Below are positions 18,833-28,036 of a DNA stretch of 64,000 nucleotides, in pieces. The first letter of the stretch is position 1; each line of letters opens with the position of its first letter. The stretch lies in sequence record LR756508.1; one strand, 5' to 3'. The notes below the pieces were generated by a model that did no database searches, had not been told where the DNA came from, and was given only the letters and a program-made list of their open reading frames with translations. The translations under genes and the position numbers were made by a program.

Positions 18833-19101
18833 CTTTTGATGAAGTAACAAAGTTTCTGCATTTTATGGCCTCTCCTCAAAATATACAAGAAGTATTTAAT
18901 GCTTCCAGCAAAATAGACAAGCAGCTTGAGGGCATACGGCCTTGTCGATCACACGCGATTCCACGGGGGGTTTCAGAGTCGGACCAGTTAGCGAACGATC
19001 AAGAAGAAAAATGCAAGTCGAAAAGTTCTGGAATGCATGCTGTCCTACGTAAGAGGCGGGAAGTTCCTGCAAAACTTCAAACAGTCGGGAAGTTTTAATA
19101 T

Positions 19102-19184
19102 CGCGGAGTAGAGCAGTCTGGTGTGCTCACTTGGTTCATGTCCAAGAGGTCGTCTTTTAAACGGTTCAAATCCTACCTCCGCTA
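19102..19184 (+). tRNA. initiator-type tRNA-Met(CAT) with an insertion in the T stem
   Basis: CGCGGAG start with C1 mismatch, CTTGG-TTCATGT-CCAAG, T stem GT[CTTTTAAAC]GG/CCTAC. Confidence 0.6.
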
Positions 19185-19198
19185 CACTTAAAAGCTTA

Positions 19199-19316
19199 AG
19201 GCTGCTCACAGCAAATCCTATATATTTTTTCCACATAAGGAAGAGATATGGGTTCGAGTCCCATCGGGCTGGAGTTTGGCGCGTAGCTTAACTGGTAAAG
19301 CTCTAATATGCAGCCT
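19199..19316 (+). ncRNA. clamp cassette F (circularly permuted tRNA, anticodon CAT)
   Basis: AGGCTGC/GCAGCCT stem; TTTTC-CACATAA-GGAAG, ATGGG-TTCGAGT-CCCAT, CGGGCTG-GAGTT-TGGCGCG, D arm GCTT-AACTGGTA-AAGC. Confidence 0.85.
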
Positions 19317-19322
19317 GTTTCT

Positions 19323-19399
19323 GGTCCCGTGGCCGAGTCTGGTTAGGCGCTTGTCTGCAAAACAAGTTTTTGACGTTAGTTCAAATCTAACCGGGACCT
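19323..19399 (+). tRNA. tRNA-Cys(GCA)
   Basis: GGTCCCG/CGGGACC, CTTGT-CTGCAAA-ACAAG, GTTAG-TTCAAAT-CTAAC. Confidence 0.88.
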
Positions 19400-19451
19400 C
19401 TTTTTTGTGTCTACTAAAAACATTTACCATAATCCAGCTCTCCTTTAGATC

Positions 19452-19739
19452 TTGACATGCAGCCAAAAAAGAGCAAATTTGAGAAAGTTTGTCAGAAACT
19501 CTGATCAAGACCTTAGCTCTATAATAGAATCCTTAAAAAACGAAGAGGAGATCGGGGGACTATTCTACTCAAAAAATACCGATCAAGTAACATTTCTTTC
19601 TCTCGCTAGTCGGAAGTCTTCTAACTTAAACCCATCCAAAAATGAAAGGATTAAGGTAAATGCCGTAAATAGATTGAAAAAGAGTGAAGTTCTAAACACT
19701 CTCCAAGAAATCAAACAAACACAGGATGGAAAGCGTTAA
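19452..19739 (+). CDS. hypothetical protein
   Basis: 95-aa ORF. Confidence 0.5.
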   Translation: MTCSQKRANLRKFVRNSDQDLSSIIESLKNEEEIGGLFYSKNTDQVTFLSLASRKSSNLNPSKNERIKVNAVNRLKKSEVLNTLQEIKQTQDGKR

Positions 19740-19968
19740 AGTTTGGAGTCGTTTTATCCGAGATCGCTACCGATGGGGAGTCTATGTTGATAATGAACTG
19801 CATGCTTTTGGGGTAGAAACTCAGAGGGTAACTTGGAGAGAAATGGATAAAGATAGGGATCGGTATCTGGAAAAAGCCCTCGAAGGGAAGACCGAACCTA
19901 CTCCGCACGATCCTTATAAAGTTCCGAATACGCCTCCTGAAGGTGCAGTCGAAAAGCTAAATACATGA
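19726..19968 (+). CDS. hypothetical protein
   Basis: 80-aa ORF. Confidence 0.6.
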   Translation: MESVKVWSRFIRDRYRWGVYVDNELHAFGVETQRVTWREMDKDRDRYLEKALEGKTEPTPHDPYKVPNTPPEGAVEKLNT

Positions 19969-20148
19969 GATGAGAGTAGGATAAAGAGTAATCGTTCTTA
20001 TTTCCAAAGTGCCAGTTTTACATTTCTTCAAAAGTCACCTGAGTACAATTAAAAAAGATTTTGATGCTCAATTTAATATTTAAATGTAAAATGAGGTGGA
20101 GTGTAAGAATTTAATCAAAATAAAAGACTCTCATAGAAAAGAACTCAT

Positions 20149-20475
20149 ATGAGCCACAAAGAAAGTAAGTTAAGAAAACTTATTCGTGAAGAAGTAAGAA
20201 GTATTTTAGAAGAAGATCATCAAATTGAGATTGGTAGTGTCGTTAGTCTTAAGAAGGACATTGATAAGGGTAAAGAAGGCAATGAGGCCATCGTTGTCGG
20301 TCGGTCTCAGAAAAACTATGACTGGAAAATTCTTTTGAAAAGAGACCTTCAAGGATATGTTTCTGTTGGAGAACTTCTTGTTTCATCCGAAGAAATTGAA
20401 CCTATTGGACGGACTCTTTCCGACGAAGAGTTAGATGATATCTACTCTGGCCGTGGATATGAAACTTGGGTCTAA
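20149..20475 (+). CDS. hypothetical protein with LRKLIREE N-terminal motif
   Basis: 108-aa ORF. Confidence 0.65.
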   Translation: MSHKESKLRKLIREEVRSILEEDHQIEIGSVVSLKKDIDKGKEGNEAIVVGRSQKNYDWKILLKRDLQGYVSVGELLVSSEEIEPIGRTLSDEELDDIYSGRGYETWV

Positions 20476-20557
20476 AAGATAAGTAAAGTTTAACAATCTG
20501 TTTCCTTAGAAATCGAGCTTTCTCATCTTTGGAAAGGACATCTAAATTAGATATGTC

Positions 20558-21355
20558 GTGAGATTTAAAGATCTGTTATTTGAGTATTCCGACGAAGAAC
20601 TTGAGAATTTGGATAAGGTTGTTCAAGAAGGCAACTGGCTTTATAATTTTGATCGTCCCATCTATAGGGCAAGTAAAGTTCAAGAAGAAAACTTCAAAGT
20701 TAAAGAAACTACAGAAAGAGGGGGGACGCGAGATACAATTTTTTATGTTGATGAGCTGATCCATCTTTTTTATGAGCAATGTTTTTCAAACCTTCCTGAT
20801 CGGAGACACAGCCGTTTCGGCTCGGTGTTCAGAGACAATATAGAGACTTATTTAGACCCTACACAAAGCATGGAGAAAGAGTCTTATGTTGTTCTCCCAC
20901 ATGCTTCTGCTAAAATAAGCTCACGAATTGAAGATCCTTTTACAGTTTTAGACGAAATAAAAAGATTCGCGGATCGTATTTTCAAGTATCCCTTAGATGA
21001 AAACTTCAACGATCTAATGGGCTACATAAAAGAAAGATCACAGTACATCTATAAGTTCGTTAAATTTCTTGGCGATTTGAAAAATCAAAAGACACCTGAC
21101 GTATCGATAAATGAGCTCGGTTGTCCCGAAAAACTCGAAAGTAAGATAAAACGTGAGGTAAAAGCTCTTGAGAATGATAAACTCGAAAATTATATATTAA
21201 ATACTGCTCAGAATATCTACCTGTACTTTGACGATATCGAATCTGGATACCCAAAAAGCTCAAAACAGGGAGGTGAAGTGATGTGGGATGGAAAATATCT
21301 TCAAATCAAAGAAGACTTCTACGAACATTACGTCTATCATAAAACAGGTAAATGA
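20558..21355 (+). CDS. hypothetical protein
   Basis: 265-aa ORF. Confidence 0.7.
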   Translation: MRFKDLLFEYSDEELENLDKVVQEGNWLYNFDRPIYRASKVQEENFKVKETTERGGTRDTIFYVDELIHLFYEQCFSNLPDRRHSRFGSVFRDNIETYLDPTQSMEKESYVVLPHASAKISSRIEDPFTVLDEIKRFADRIFKYPLDENFNDLMGYIKERSQYIYKFVKFLGDLKNQKTPDVSINELGCPEKLESKIKREVKALENDKLENYILNTAQNIYLYFDDIESGYPKSSKQGGEVMWDGKYLQIKEDFYEHYVYHKTGK

Positions 21356-21361
21356 AAACAT

Positions 21362-21434
21362 ACGGGAGAAATCTCAATTGGCGAGAGGCGAGGCTCCAAC
21401 CCTCGCAGGCTGGGTTCGATCCCCAGATCCCGTG
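21362..21434 (+). tRNA. tRNA-Trp(CCA)
   Basis: GCGAGG-CTCCAAC-CCTCGC, CTGGG-TTCGATC-CCCAG, ACGGGA/TCCCGT acceptor. Confidence 0.8.
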
Positions 21435-21931
21435 CTACTTAATGTCATATAAGAAAACTGAATAACTATACTTCGTAAGGTATGGATGATAAAACTAAAA
21501 ATGCGCTGGAAGACTTAAGAAAAAACACTGGCAAACGTCGTCCTAAAGTAATCAAAAAGACGGAATACCATACTGTTGTGTATCAGCCTGAAAACAGAGA
21601 ACGGTTAAGTAAAAACTTCAAGTCTTCAGGAAATATTGATGATTCGTAGAGTTAATCGGTTAGGTGTAACTTAAGTGTATGGCGTAAATAACTTCAGTCT
21701 TAAACTATGGCAAAAAAGAAAACAACTGCTGCTGAGACCTATCACTCTAAGAAAGATCGAAAAAAATTTCTTGAGGTTGATAAGGCAGCTCGTCTTTTGA
21801 TTGAGAAAATAGAAAACAAGGAAGACGTGGGATAGAACCGAAGCTGTATTCATCTATAAACTGTTTAGTAAAGTTTCATAATTTCCTAAGAACATTATCT
21901 GAACACTATTGTAAAAATTAATGGATTAAAT

Positions 21932-22015
21932 GTGGAGCATTGGCAAGTCTGGTCGAAGCCGCTAGGTCGTGGTCCTAGTAATCCTCATTCGTTGGTTCAA
22001 ATCCAACTGCTCCAC
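21932..22015 (+). tRNA. tRNA-His(GTG) with 12-nt variable loop
   Basis: G-1 plus TGGAGCA/TGCTCCA, C73, CTAGG-TCGTGGT-CCTAG. Confidence 0.85.
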
Positions 22016-22114
22016 CTTTAAAATTAAATCAAGACAACATACTAAATTGAATACACACCGACTAAACGCTTATATAAATGCACAATTAAAAAAGTTATAA
22101 ATAAAGCAAATTTG

Positions 22115-22873
22115 ATGAGCAAATATAAAGATGACATAATACGACTCCGTAAGCAAGAAAAAACTTATGATGAAATCGAGGAAAAGCTTGACTGTTCAAG
22201 AGCTACGATATCTCTCCACTGTCAGAAAAAAGGTCTCGGAGGAAAACAGGAAAATATAAGCGATAAAAAAGCTAAAAAAATCGATTAGCTTCGTTTGGAT
22301 GGAATATCGATAAGAAAAATTAGTAAAAAATTAGATGTTTCTGAAGGTTCTGTTCAGAAATATACCTCTGAGGAAACGAAACAAAAATTGCAAAAAGAAA
22401 GAATAAAAACTGGAAGTGAAAAACGAAAATCAATTGACAGAGAAGAATTTATTGAGAGTAAATTTTATAAGGGGGTTGTAGCAGAAGAGAAAGTAAAAAC
22501 AAAATTCATTGAACTTGGATATAAAGTATATGAACCTTTGATTAGGTCGGTTGAAGATCTCATAGTTAAAATTGATACTGAATTCAAAAAGGTTCAGGTA
22601 AAACATGGAACTTATAGAAATGGATGTGTCGTAGCAGATTTAGGACGAAGTTGCAACTCTTATAACGATTCAATGAAAGCAAAATGTTATCATAAAGATG
22701 ATGTTGATATATTTGTAATTTATTCTTCGAAAATAGATAAAGTTTATTTTGTAAAGTTTGAGGATGCTCCTAATCATTCTATAAACTTGAGAGTTGAAGA
22801 TCCAAAGAAAAATGATGTTGGAAATATAAGATGGGCAAAAGACTACGAAATAAAAAGAGTTTTAGGTAGATAA
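22115..22873 (+). CDS. HTH plus PD-(D/E)XK homing endonuclease interrupted by an in-frame TAG (22286)
   Basis: ATG 22115 is in frame with ORF 22295; DLIV..KKVQVKH..VDIFVIY PD-(D/E)XK pattern; readthrough or pseudogene. Confidence 0.7.
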
Positions 22874-23114
22874 TAAGAACTTTTCTGGCATTGATAGGTT
22901 TAAAACTCAACTGTTTCATTCCTAAAAAAATTGAAAGTTTTTGGAAGATTTTTACTGAACTCAAAAATTTTTCGACTGTCCCAAAATTTTTTACTCCTTC
23001 AACCGACATCTTCAAAAAAACTAACAGTCTAATGATGTAACATATCAAAAAAACTTTAACCTAAAATATTCCAATCAAATCTTCGAGTTTAAACCCAAAA
23101 CTTAACCACTTCCG

Positions 23115-23471
23115 ATGGGAAAATTCAAAGATGCCTATCCTAACCCTTTCTTGTCTGAAGAAATCGATCAGTTCCTACAGAATGCAGATTTCAAACTAGG
23201 TTTTCCCGAATCTATTGAGTTTGAAAACAAAGTTGGTTATAAAAATGTGTTTGTGACAAAAGATGACAACTGCGTCCACATTCATATAAACTCAAATAAA
23301 TTAAGTGCTTATTTAGTTGAAAATATTTCTGGAAAAGAGGTTGCAACTGAAGCCTATAAAATAAAAGATATTCATAAAGAGTCTCAACAGTCTTTTGAAA
23401 ACTACTTAGACAGAGTTTTTGAAGAGTTAAAAATTGAAAGCATCTATGTTGACTACTGTCAACTGTGTTGA
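23115..23471 (+). CDS. hypothetical protein
   Basis: 118-aa ORF. Confidence 0.6.
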   Translation: MGKFKDAYPNPFLSEEIDQFLQNADFKLGFPESIEFENKVGYKNVFVTKDDNCVHIHINSNKLSAYLVENISGKEVATEAYKIKDIHKESQQSFENYLDRVFEELKIESIYVDYCQLC

Positions 23472-23553
23472 TGAGTTAGATAAACGTTAGTGGAGTGTTT
23501 GAATCTCCAAGAACTTTTTCTTAAACTGCTTTAGGCTCAACCAAAAGTTAAGT

Positions 23554-23994
23554 GTGAATTTTCTCAAAGACTTCCTTATCTACTTTAATTTAAACGGTGA
23601 GGAGAAAAAAGAAAAGTCATATGAAGGAGTAGAAGTCTCTGAAGATTATACCGAAACCTCCGACTATCTAAAACGAACAATAAACCGCTCTTTTCTTTAC
23701 TTCATCGAGGAGTGTGAATACGCCTGCCGAAGTTACGAAAAAGATGCGTCTAAAGAAGAAATTTTGAACTCTTTTGAGAAAAGGTTAGAAGAAGAGTTGA
23801 ATCGAAAGTATGCTCGGGACACTGCTGAAGCTTACTGGATTCTTCGCTTTAAAATTCCCGAACTAAATAAGAAGATGAAAGGTGCTCAAAAAGAAGGCGA
23901 CGACCGATGGGTTCGGTTTGAGTCTCAGATAACTTACCTGGAGTTTAAAGCGGCTGATTTGATATCTAATCATCTCCAAAATTTGTGGGTATGA
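23554..23994 (+). CDS. hypothetical protein
   Basis: 146-aa ORF. Confidence 0.6.
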   Translation: MNFLKDFLIYFNLNGEEKKEKSYEGVEVSEDYTETSDYLKRTINRSFLYFIEECEYACRSYEKDASKEEILNSFEKRLEEELNRKYARDTAEAYWILRFKIPELNKKMKGAQKEGDDRWVRFESQITYLEFKAADLISNHLQNLWV

Positions 23995-24269
23995 TGGAAG
24001 AAGAGTATGAAAGTGAGCTGAGTTTATTTAAGATTATTCCTAAAAGAATTAAAGATCTTGGTATCTCTTCTTTCGATTCAAAAAAAGAAATAATTGAACT
24101 CGCAACCCAAGAAATTCATGAAACTGGTGAGTTTAACCCTGTTCGTTACAAGGCACTCATGATTTTATTAAAAGAGATTATAAAAGGAGAGGTGGAGAAA
24201 GATTTAAACAAAAAAGTGGTCATAAAAAAAGGTCTTAAAAAATTAGCTAATCGCAGTGAAGATAGCTAA
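23985..24269 (+). CDS. hypothetical protein
   Basis: 94-aa ORF with overlapping start/stop junctions. Confidence 0.6.
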   Translation: MGMMEEEYESELSLFKIIPKRIKDLGISSFDSKKEIIELATQEIHETGEFNPVRYKALMILLKEIIKGEVEKDLNKKVVIKKGLKKLANRSEDS

Positions 24270-24969
24270 CATTTCTATTACTCAAAAAGAGAAAAAGTAT
24301 AGCAAACCCTTTCTCATTAAGGCCGTCCCTGAATTTTTTAATCAACGGTACAGTAAAATTTATGGCTTTCAAAAAGAAAAGTATGGTAAACGTTCTGGTG
24401 TAGATGAAAAAGAAGTCCGTTCGGATCTAAGAAACTGGACAAAAACCCAGGTAGGAGACATCGAAACTCACCTTAAAGATAAAGTTAATATAAACTCAAA
24501 AAATTTTACACTCTACGAATTTTTAAAAAAAGAGGAAAGTCTTTCACATTCTAGCATTTCGAAAAAGGATATTAGAGAAATACTTCTCCACGTTTATAAA
24601 GATATAACTGAGTCTTCAGTAATAAACAAATCCGACTTACTTACCTATTTTACTTATTACTCCAATTATGGTGATCCATCCAAAACGATGGATAATAGAG
24701 ACATTCCATTTAGAATACGAAGAACTTTCATACATATAGAAAGACAGTTGTTACAAGGTTTGTTCGCCCAATCTCAATTTTTTTATTTGTTTGAGAGTGG
24801 GATAAAAAAGATCATTGAGGACAAGTTTGATACTTCCGACTTGACAAAACAATCTCCAGAATTTTTGGTCAGTTACAAATCTACTACTAATGAGTTTTCA
24901 GACGTTGAACTTCAATTTATCATCAACTATAAAGATGAGACGTATCCAAATGTCACAGGGTCGTCCTGA
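24256..24969 (+). CDS. hypothetical protein
   Basis: 237-aa ORF. Confidence 0.65.
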   Translation: MKIANISITQKEKKYSKPFLIKAVPEFFNQRYSKIYGFQKEKYGKRSGVDEKEVRSDLRNWTKTQVGDIETHLKDKVNINSKNFTLYEFLKKEESLSHSSISKKDIREILLHVYKDITESSVINKSDLLTYFTYYSNYGDPSKTMDNRDIPFRIRRTFIHIERQLLQGLFAQSQFFYLFESGIKKIIEDKFDTSDLTKQSPEFLVSYKSTTNEFSDVELQFIINYKDETYPNVTGSS

Positions 24970-25606
24970 CTTAAAAGTTTTGGAAGAAGACGATTTAGTT
25001 CCAGAGCTTTATAAAACCTTAGAAACAGTCGGCTGGCCATTTTTTATAGGAGGTTTGATTGTTTTAGCCATTGGACTTTTTCTAGGTCTTCCGCTTTTTT
25101 TTGCGTTATTCATTACAATTATGGGAGGGGGGGCGTTAACTATCGCAAAGTACAAAGCGAATACAACTCTGCAAAGCCACGAGTTTAAAGCCAAGAAACT
25201 ACGTCCTCCACACCAGGTTCTAGAAAACTTTATTCACTGGCAAAGTGGCGATGAGCTTGAATATGACCTGTCTAACTATCTTTCAAGTTACAATATGCCT
25301 CGCTTCTATATTGGAGTTTTAGATGACAACTCTATTGTTTTAATGGACGAGCCAAAACCCGAATGGGCGAACGAAGCTGCGAGGGTATCTGCCGATTTTT
25401 TGAAAGATGTAAATGTAAAAAACAGAAGCTTCATAAAAAGGTCCAAAGAGAAGCAGGTTGAAACTTTGAATGAGGCGCTTAACGACTCTCAATATGAAGG
25501 CTTTTTAAATACTGTTCAGAGCGAGTTTGAGAAACTTGAATCGGAGAATGAGAGGAACATTGGAGGCGGTGATGGGTTAGATAAATTGGAAGATGGAGCC
25601 ATCTAA
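24950..25606 (+). CDS. 2-TM membrane protein, paralog of 10491..11051
   Basis: Two TM helices plus the shared WxxGD domain; ORF track starts at 24890. Confidence 0.7.
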   Translation: MSQGRPDLKVLEEDDLVPELYKTLETVGWPFFIGGLIVLAIGLFLGLPLFFALFITIMGGGALTIAKYKANTTLQSHEFKAKKLRPPHQVLENFIHWQSGDELEYDLSNYLSSYNMPRFYIGVLDDNSIVLMDEPKPEWANEAARVSADFLKDVNVKNRSFIKRSKEKQVETLNEALNDSQYEGFLNTVQSEFEKLESENERNIGGGDGLDKLEDGAI

Positions 25607-25656
25607 TAGGACTTTTAAGGCGATTTCAGTCCTTCCTGATAACAAAACTTAAGCCA

Positions 25657-25881
25657 ATGGCTAACACTCCGAGTTTTCGGCCACGCGACCGAGCTCCCAA
25701 GACCGATAAAGAGACTGTTGGAATCGGCGAGTGGATGCTTACCATTCCGTTTATGATGATCCCCATTCTGAACATTTTCATCGCCGCTCTGCTTGGATAC
25801 ATTGACAGAACCAGCAAGACAAAGCAAAATTTCTATCTTGCTGTTATCATCTACTCCACATTTCTAGTCTTTTTTCTTTAG
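25657..25881 (+). CDS. small membrane protein
   Basis: GEWMLTIPFMMIPILNI hydrophobic segment. Confidence 0.65.
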   Translation: MANTPSFRPRDRAPKTDKETVGIGEWMLTIPFMMIPILNIFIAALLGYIDRTSKTKQNFYLAVIIYSTFLVFFL

Positions 25882-25884
25882 CGC

Positions 25885-26571
25885 ATGAGAGGCGGCAGTG
25901 ACAAGTTCCAGAAAAGTGGCTTTGATCTGGTAAATTATCTTGCCGAAGAGGAGGGCATTCGTAATGGAGAAGCACCTTGGATGCGGGTAGCTGATGACAT
26001 CGGAAACGGAGATAAGCAAAAAGAGAAAGTGCTAGATCGAATCTTGTGTCTTTTTGTAGAGCAATATCATAAGTTTACTTACGAGGAACTTGACTTGATA
26101 TTTTTAATTCTGCTTTCCTCCGACGATTTATCTAACGTATCAAAATACGTTTTGAAAACTTTCGCTACAAAAGACTTTTTTTGGAATGCTTCTTTTTTTG
26201 AAAAAGAAGATCAAAAGAGCCTTCATTCCAGGGCGCTACAAGCTGTAATTTCTCAAGATATTGATCTTCCCAAATCATTTTGGATGAAACAGCTTAAGCG
26301 AGATCAACAAGAATACGGTCTGAAAACTTTTGTTGGGATTAGAAAAGCAGAAGGACTCAATGAAGCTTTAGATGTACTTCGAGAGTTGGACCTTAACCAA
26401 ACTGATTTAGTCACCGATCTGCACTCCGAGTGGAGAGGTCTTATTCGCGTAAAAGATTCAGGAGTAACGGAAGAAAATTTTGAAGAATCGTGGGAAGAGT
26501 TGAAAGACGAGTTTAACATCGTAGAAAAAGATTACCAATCTCGAAAAACTCCTTCCCACTCAAATTCATAA
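25885..26571 (+). CDS. hypothetical protein
   Basis: 228-aa ORF. Confidence 0.65.
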   Translation: MRGGSDKFQKSGFDLVNYLAEEEGIRNGEAPWMRVADDIGNGDKQKEKVLDRILCLFVEQYHKFTYEELDLIFLILLSSDDLSNVSKYVLKTFATKDFFWNASFFEKEDQKSLHSRALQAVISQDIDLPKSFWMKQLKRDQQEYGLKTFVGIRKAEGLNEALDVLRELDLNQTDLVTDLHSEWRGLIRVKDSGVTEENFEESWEELKDEFNIVEKDYQSRKTPSHSNS

Positions 26572-26581
26572 TACCTCAATT

Positions 26582-27280
26582 ATGAGATTGAAAAGCTGCG
26601 ATAAACTTCTGATAATTGGAGATGTTCACGGTCTCATCGGTGAATACTACGATCTTCTGGAGGAAAAAGTTGTTAGTTCTAATGAAACTATTAAGTCAAT
26701 TCAACTTGGAGACTTTGGATTTGAAAAAGAGTATAAGAAGCGGAATCAAATTTTTGAGAAATCTCCTAATTTAAACAAAAACCGTCATCTTTTCTTCGGT
26801 GGAAACCATGACGATTATAACTCACTTCCTGAGTTTCACATAGGAGACTTCGGCGAACTTCCTTTTATTGAAGATTCTTATTTTGTTCGCGGCGCAGAGT
26901 CTATAGATAAAGCAAAACGAACTCCTGGACACGACTGGTGGCCTGAAGAGGAACTGAATTGGAAGCAAGCCAGGAAGTGTGCCGCAGATTATGAAGAAAA
27001 GGACCCTTCTGTTGTAGTCACACACGACGCTCCTGGAAAAGTCTGCAGAAAGATATTTCCAGACAAAAAAATCAATAGTTCAACCACCAGTAAACTCCTT
27101 CAGGCGCAATACGAAGCCTCGCCTCCAGACCTTTGGATTTTCGGCCACTGGCATGAAGATAAAGTAAAAAAAGTGGACCAAACAATCTTCGTGTGCCTCG
27201 ATGAATTGAGCATATTTGAATTCGAAAGCGACAGAAGCCTGAAGGCCGACATTAAAACTCACGTTGAAAAACTGCAGTGA
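26582..27280 (+). CDS. calcineurin-like metallophosphoesterase
   Basis: GDVHG, LGDFG, GNHD, THDAP, FGHWH. Confidence 0.9.
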   Translation: MRLKSCDKLLIIGDVHGLIGEYYDLLEEKVVSSNETIKSIQLGDFGFEKEYKKRNQIFEKSPNLNKNRHLFFGGNHDDYNSLPEFHIGDFGELPFIEDSYFVRGAESIDKAKRTPGHDWWPEEELNWKQARKCAADYEEKDPSVVVTHDAPGKVCRKIFPDKKINSSTTSKLLQAQYEASPPDLWIFGHWHEDKVKKVDQTIFVCLDELSIFEFESDRSLKADIKTHVEKLQ

Positions 27281-27323
27281 TCTTTCGAATATTGAGCTAA
27301 CTATATTCATCTCTTAGCTGGTC

Positions 27324-27350
27324 GGAACAAAGTTCTGTTTTCAGCGTGAA
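27324..27350 (+). promoter_or_regulatory. ECF-sigma-like promoter GGAAC-N17-GTGAA
   Basis: CGGAAC-N16-CGTGAAAGA, as at 7536. Confidence 0.55.
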
Positions 27351-27388
27351 AGAAATGTAAGTTATCTGGTCTAATAGATACATAGCCC

Positions 27389-28000
27389 ATGACCACTCTC
27401 GAAGAGGTTACGACGGTTCCGAAAGAGTTCGAACTTCCACATCCTTCCGAGCTTGAAGATGAGAGCTGTGGGCAGGATCGCCTTTATACAATTCCAGATC
27501 TTGTTGAGTTTCTCCTCAACGTTCCAAAAAGGGCGAGTTTTGTTACTTTTCGCTCCCGAACCACCCCTCGCATGAGGAAAACTGGTAATCCATACTGGAA
27601 TCCGAACAACCGAGAATGGAATATCAGTAAGATTTCAATCGTCAATGGAATCATCAATTTCATCTACGCCAACTCCGTTGAAAACCAGCGAGAACGAGAG
27701 GGACTCGATCTTGACCAGTTCGAGCCGCAGCCTCGCCGATGGGGGAATCGCATTTTTAACACTCCGCTTGTTAGACACAAGGGAAGTTACTACCTAGAAG
27801 TAAAGGTTGAAAACGTCTTCGAAACCACCTACGTCAATTCTAACGGCGATGAAGTTGACCGCGAAGAGATTGAAGAATTCCTCTATTCTTCGTCACAGCC
27901 TTCTACGCAGAAGACTGAAGAAGAGATTGTGCTTCGCGACTACAAGATTCAAAACCTGGAGCAGGTCAAAATGTATGGAGATGTTTTTAATCTCTATTAG
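27389..28000 (+). CDS. hypothetical phage protein
   Basis: 203-aa ORF. Confidence 0.75.
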   Translation: MTTLEEVTTVPKEFELPHPSELEDESCGQDRLYTIPDLVEFLLNVPKRASFVTFRSRTTPRMRKTGNPYWNPNNREWNISKISIVNGIINFIYANSVENQREREGLDLDQFEPQPRRWGNRIFNTPLVRHKGSYYLEVKVENVFETTYVNSNGDEVDREEIEEFLYSSSQPSTQKTEEEIVLRDYKIQNLEQVKMYGDVFNLY

Positions 28001-28036
28001 ATGAATAAGAAAGTCACTGATAGAACAGTAATATAA

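Noticed and set aside
18643-19098. 151-aa ORF
   Set aside because: It runs through tRNA-Gly and structured GC-rich DNA, and has no protein-like features.
18920-19100. tmRNA or RNase P RNA
   Set aside because: No tmRNA tRNA-like ends and no RNase P GAGGAAAGUCC core.
14519-22103. T4-type late promoter TATAAATA at 14519 and 22096
   Set aside because: An all-A/T 8-mer is expected by chance in this AT-rich sequence, and too few copies were seen.
22880-23110. Replication origin in an A/T-tract-rich gap
   Set aside because: Only loose AAAATTTT tracts, with no iterons or other support.
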